A stretch of DNA of 64,000 nucleotides. Source: Felis catus. Lineage: Eukaryota. The stretch covers positions 111,104,001-111,168,000 of the forward strand of contig NC_058373.1 of assembly GCF_018350175.1 (NCBI RefSeq). The letters are read 5' to 3'. The notes below the pieces were generated by a model. The model did not search any database. It saw only the letters and a list, made by a program, of their open reading frames with translations, and was not told where the DNA came from. Positions 60,451-64,000 of the stretch are shown here, piece by piece (position 1 is the stretch's first letter; the number at the start of each line of letters is the position of its first letter). The position numbers and the translations under genes were made by a program.

Positions 60451-63400
60451 AGTGATGCATTTTTAAAAAGAACAATAAGATATTTTACTTTTGAAAACTT
60501 TTTAACATAAATGATGTGGCAGAGACTTACAAAGGAGATAGAAGCTATTCATCTTCAAAGAACTTCAAATCTAATAGGACAGTGTAAAAATTATTTATGT
60601 GGCACAGAATACTTACAAAAACAACACAGAGAAAACACAAATGTAGAGGCAAACTGCAGCTCTAAAAAATGTTTGAAGATATAAGAAGGAAGAAAGATGT
60701 ATGGGAGGACTGAGAGGGACTGAACAAACAAGGCACAACTAGAAAGGTCTTGGTTATGAGATGGATTTTGAATAGGAAGGGATCGCAGGAGGCAGAGAGA
60801 AGACCGTTTCCTGAGAGTTGGGGATTGGGCCCCTGGATCAGAGGTTTGAACCAGGAGGATGGCTAGAGGGAGACCCTTGGGGGACATGATAAGCAGATTC
60901 CTTCCTCAGTTTTTGTCTTTTCTTTAATTTCTCTCATTTTTTATTCCTCCTTCCCTACTGTTCAGGGCCCTAGGGAAAATGCACCCCTTTCACTCCAAGG
61001 AAAGCATGGACAAAACTCCCCTAATAGAGCTGACGGAGTTAATATGAACACAATTTTTTATAAAAAAACAAGGTACTATATAAAGAAAATAATGTCTGAT
61101 AATACAACATAAAAACAAGCCTCCCATGTCTGGTTTCTTATTCTAAATAAATTCTGTGAAAATATCTGAGATTTGTACGTAGCCAAAAGTTTCCTGCACT
61201 TAAAATAATGTCATGTTAATTCTTAAAGGCCTTAGAATCACTTTGCAGGCATCTGGTTTGGCTTCCTCTCCTCCCAGTTCCTCTGTCTGAACTTAGCCAT
61301 GTGGTCACTGTGGTCGCCATTTTGTTTCCTAGTCCAGGGAAGCTGGTCCAACAAATGCATCTGGTTCCATGTAAGGACAAACTCTAGCTCCATTAAAACC
61401 CAACCTTGCGGAACCTCTAGAAGCTTCTCATTCTCTTGTAGTACAAGTTAGTAATAAGGGCACACCTAGTTCACAGCTGAGCTGTCTGGCAATACTGATG
61501 GTCATCTTTAAGTGCTTCCTACTTAGGTCTTCTGAGATGATTCACTCAAATAAGTCTCAATACACAAGGAAGGGTCTTGTAAAAATCTGCCAATTACAGT
61601 TTCACAACATGGTAATAACTGCATAGTAAACATACAATTCACACAGTATGAATTACTATATTTATAGTACAAGGATGGTCATTCTCATTTACCCAGTGAG
61701 GTGGTGAAATCTTGCCTGGAGGGCTCATGTTGGGCAGATTGGGAATAGCTTTGCAAGCAAGTGAAAGCTTGAGGTACTGTTTCCAGCAATTTTCTCAACG
61801 AGGTGGTTTAAAGATTAAAAAACAATCGTGTGAATTTCATCTCCATAAATTAGTTAAAAAAATACCCGTTGTGTTCATGTCCAAATCAATATAGGGATAT
61901 CTGTAAAACCCACCTCAAAGTACAACTAATTTAAATTCCTTCTGTTAAAATAATTACTGTTTATAGTAGTTTCAGGGAGTAATTCAATTTGTACAGGGCT
62001 TATGTGAGGGTAATTTTTGCATAGCTTTTTCTAAGATGAAGGTCTACATCAGGTGTTGTTTTAACTCTGTGACTTTGTTCAGCTCTGTGATGCTGACATT
62101 ATGTCTTTGAACTTCTGTTATGGGAGACCCTTAGGAAATCCCCTATGGGGCCTGAGCCCTCCTAACACTACCAAGAAATGATTTTAATCTTATTGTGGGA
62201 GGCATATAATATGAATAGACTTGTAATTATATATTAATTTTACAAACTCTTTTATAGTACTAACTATATTCTTAGAATTGTATAAATGGTAGCTCATGCA
62301 AACCTCTAATAGCTCTCTGAGGCGAGACTGTCATTAGTTCCATACAGGTGAGGCACAGAGAGCTTGTGACGTATCCAAAATATCATAGCCAGCAAATGGC
62401 CGAGCCAGGATTTGAATCCAGTCGGTCCAGTCAGGCTTCAGAGTCTATGTTGTTTAAGCATCATGTTATGGTGCTTATCCATTGCGATTGAACATGGAAC
62501 TCCAAGAGCTCAATGCTCTTCCCAGAAGATAGGCTGATAGTTGCCATAAAAAAAGAGAAACAACGTCTCACAAATTTCCTGTTAAAATAGCTCTTTGCTT
62601 AGACATCATACATGCCTTATATTTTAAATCGACACTCATAGCTTGTCAGGTCCCAATGTGGTGTGAGAGTTTGACAGAGTCACCATGGGAGGACAATCTC
62701 TGTTCTGAGGAAAGTGGTAAGTGGAGGCAGACCAGCTCCCCTCCTGACAGGTATGGGCTGCCCCCCTTTGTCCTCCACCCCCAATCCCAGTGAGCTGCCT
62801 AGTTTTGGGACCAGGGACCGTGCAGGTAATGGAAGAATCCCACCCTCAGGCAGGGGACAGGGGACAGTGTGGATGTTGCATTTAATGCATTTTGATCAGC
62901 CTTTGTCTCGAGGTTCTATGATGCCCACCTTATTCTTATAAATGGAAATGAAAGCACCATCTAGACCAGAGCGGACAGTGCCTCTCATTTTGCCAGTCCT
63001 TAAAAAAAGCCACACTGAGCATATCAGCTGTACATATTTTGAAACTTAGAAAGAAAAATCTTTATTAGCTGGTGGTATACTCATGTGGTTCGGTCTGTCT
63101 GGAATAGACTTAAGACACTATATTGAACGCAGTCATAGCTTTTGCCCTCCACCACATCACATCTTGCTATGAAAATAGCAGGTATGCATTAAACATGGTT
63201 ATTGATAATGCCTTTGTTATAAAGGTTTTTCTGTGGCTACACAATTGTCTTCACCTACTCTCCTTGCCACTGGTCGGAAGAGAATTTTTAAAGCAGGTCA
63301 GTTGGGTTTTATTTGAGAGATCAAAGTGGGATTTTACATGGCATTTGATGAGGATGAAAGAAGAAAAGACTGGGCTGTGAGAAGTCTGACTACCAGAGAA

Positions 63401-63624
63401 AAATAGAGGAAGCTGCGTGGTTAGGGGTGTCCTGCTCATTTTATTTCTGCTTTGCTGCCAGTGACACAAATTGTCCCATAAGCAATAGAAATCTCATGTT
63501 CTCCTGGTAACAGCAAGGATGGCTGATAGGGCAGCTCCCGGATGCTTGTGACCCACACCCTGAGCTTCTCTGGAAGGGAGATGCTCAGAAGTGGCTTCCT
63601 TGTAGGAGCAGAGGGTGATACTGG

Positions 63625-63656
<32 letters not shown>

Positions 63657-63907
63657 GATACTGGTGCCTTTTGAAGGCAACCGGAACAAAGCAAGGATTT
63701 CCTCAGTACATGTGGCTGAGAAGGTGGAGACGAGGGTGAAATGCTCCACGTTGTAGAATGGCATGTAGCTTCCTTCATAGTCCAAAGACACTGGAGTCTT
63801 CCTGGGTCCGTCTTCTGGGAAGATGTCAGTGAGGAGGTCTGTGAGAGCCAGATAATGACTCCGTGGAGCCCTATACCCCAGGCTTCGTCAGGTTTTAGTT
63901 GAAAATC

Positions 63908-64000
63908 TTTCTTTTTTTTTTTTTTTTAATTTTTTTTTAATGTTTATTTATTTTTGAGAGACAGAGACAGACAGAGTGTGAGCGGGGGAGGGGCAGAGAG
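63908..64000 (-). mobile_element. Can-SINE 3' end, truncated by the window
   Basis: Poly-T, tttatttatttttgagagacagag. Confidence 0.9.

Noticed and set aside
1-64000. CRISPR arrays, operons or other prokaryotic systems
   Set aside because: The sequence is mammalian. No regularly spaced repeat-spacer structure was seen.

Overview
Mammalian genomic DNA, almost certainly a felid (dense tRNA-derived Can-SINEs of the SINEC_Fc type). It holds the 3' end of FNTB (+ strand; last coding exon 5053-5184, poly(A) signal 6498-6503) and, convergently, the whole MAX gene (- strand, ~18020-42440). MAX exon 4 and the end of exon 5 are readable; exons 1-3, the start of exon 5 and probably the Delta-Max cassette exon lie under N blocks. 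Upstream of the MAX CpG-island promoter are ~21 kb of repeat-rich intergenic DNA. The most notable object is a retrocopy at 56378-57045. It starts exactly at the 5' end of H/ACA snoRNA SNORA7 and runs through the retained 67-nt intron end into spliced RPL32 exons and a poly(A) tail, i.e. a fossil of a snoRNA-ended, polyadenylated host-gene RNA. It shares a triplicated target site with a SINE. Other observations are candidate alternative MAX exons, a poly(A)-only insertion, a palindromic SINE target site, an inverted SINE pair and a micro inverted triplication. Gene and repeat identities come from recall of known sequences, not database searches.
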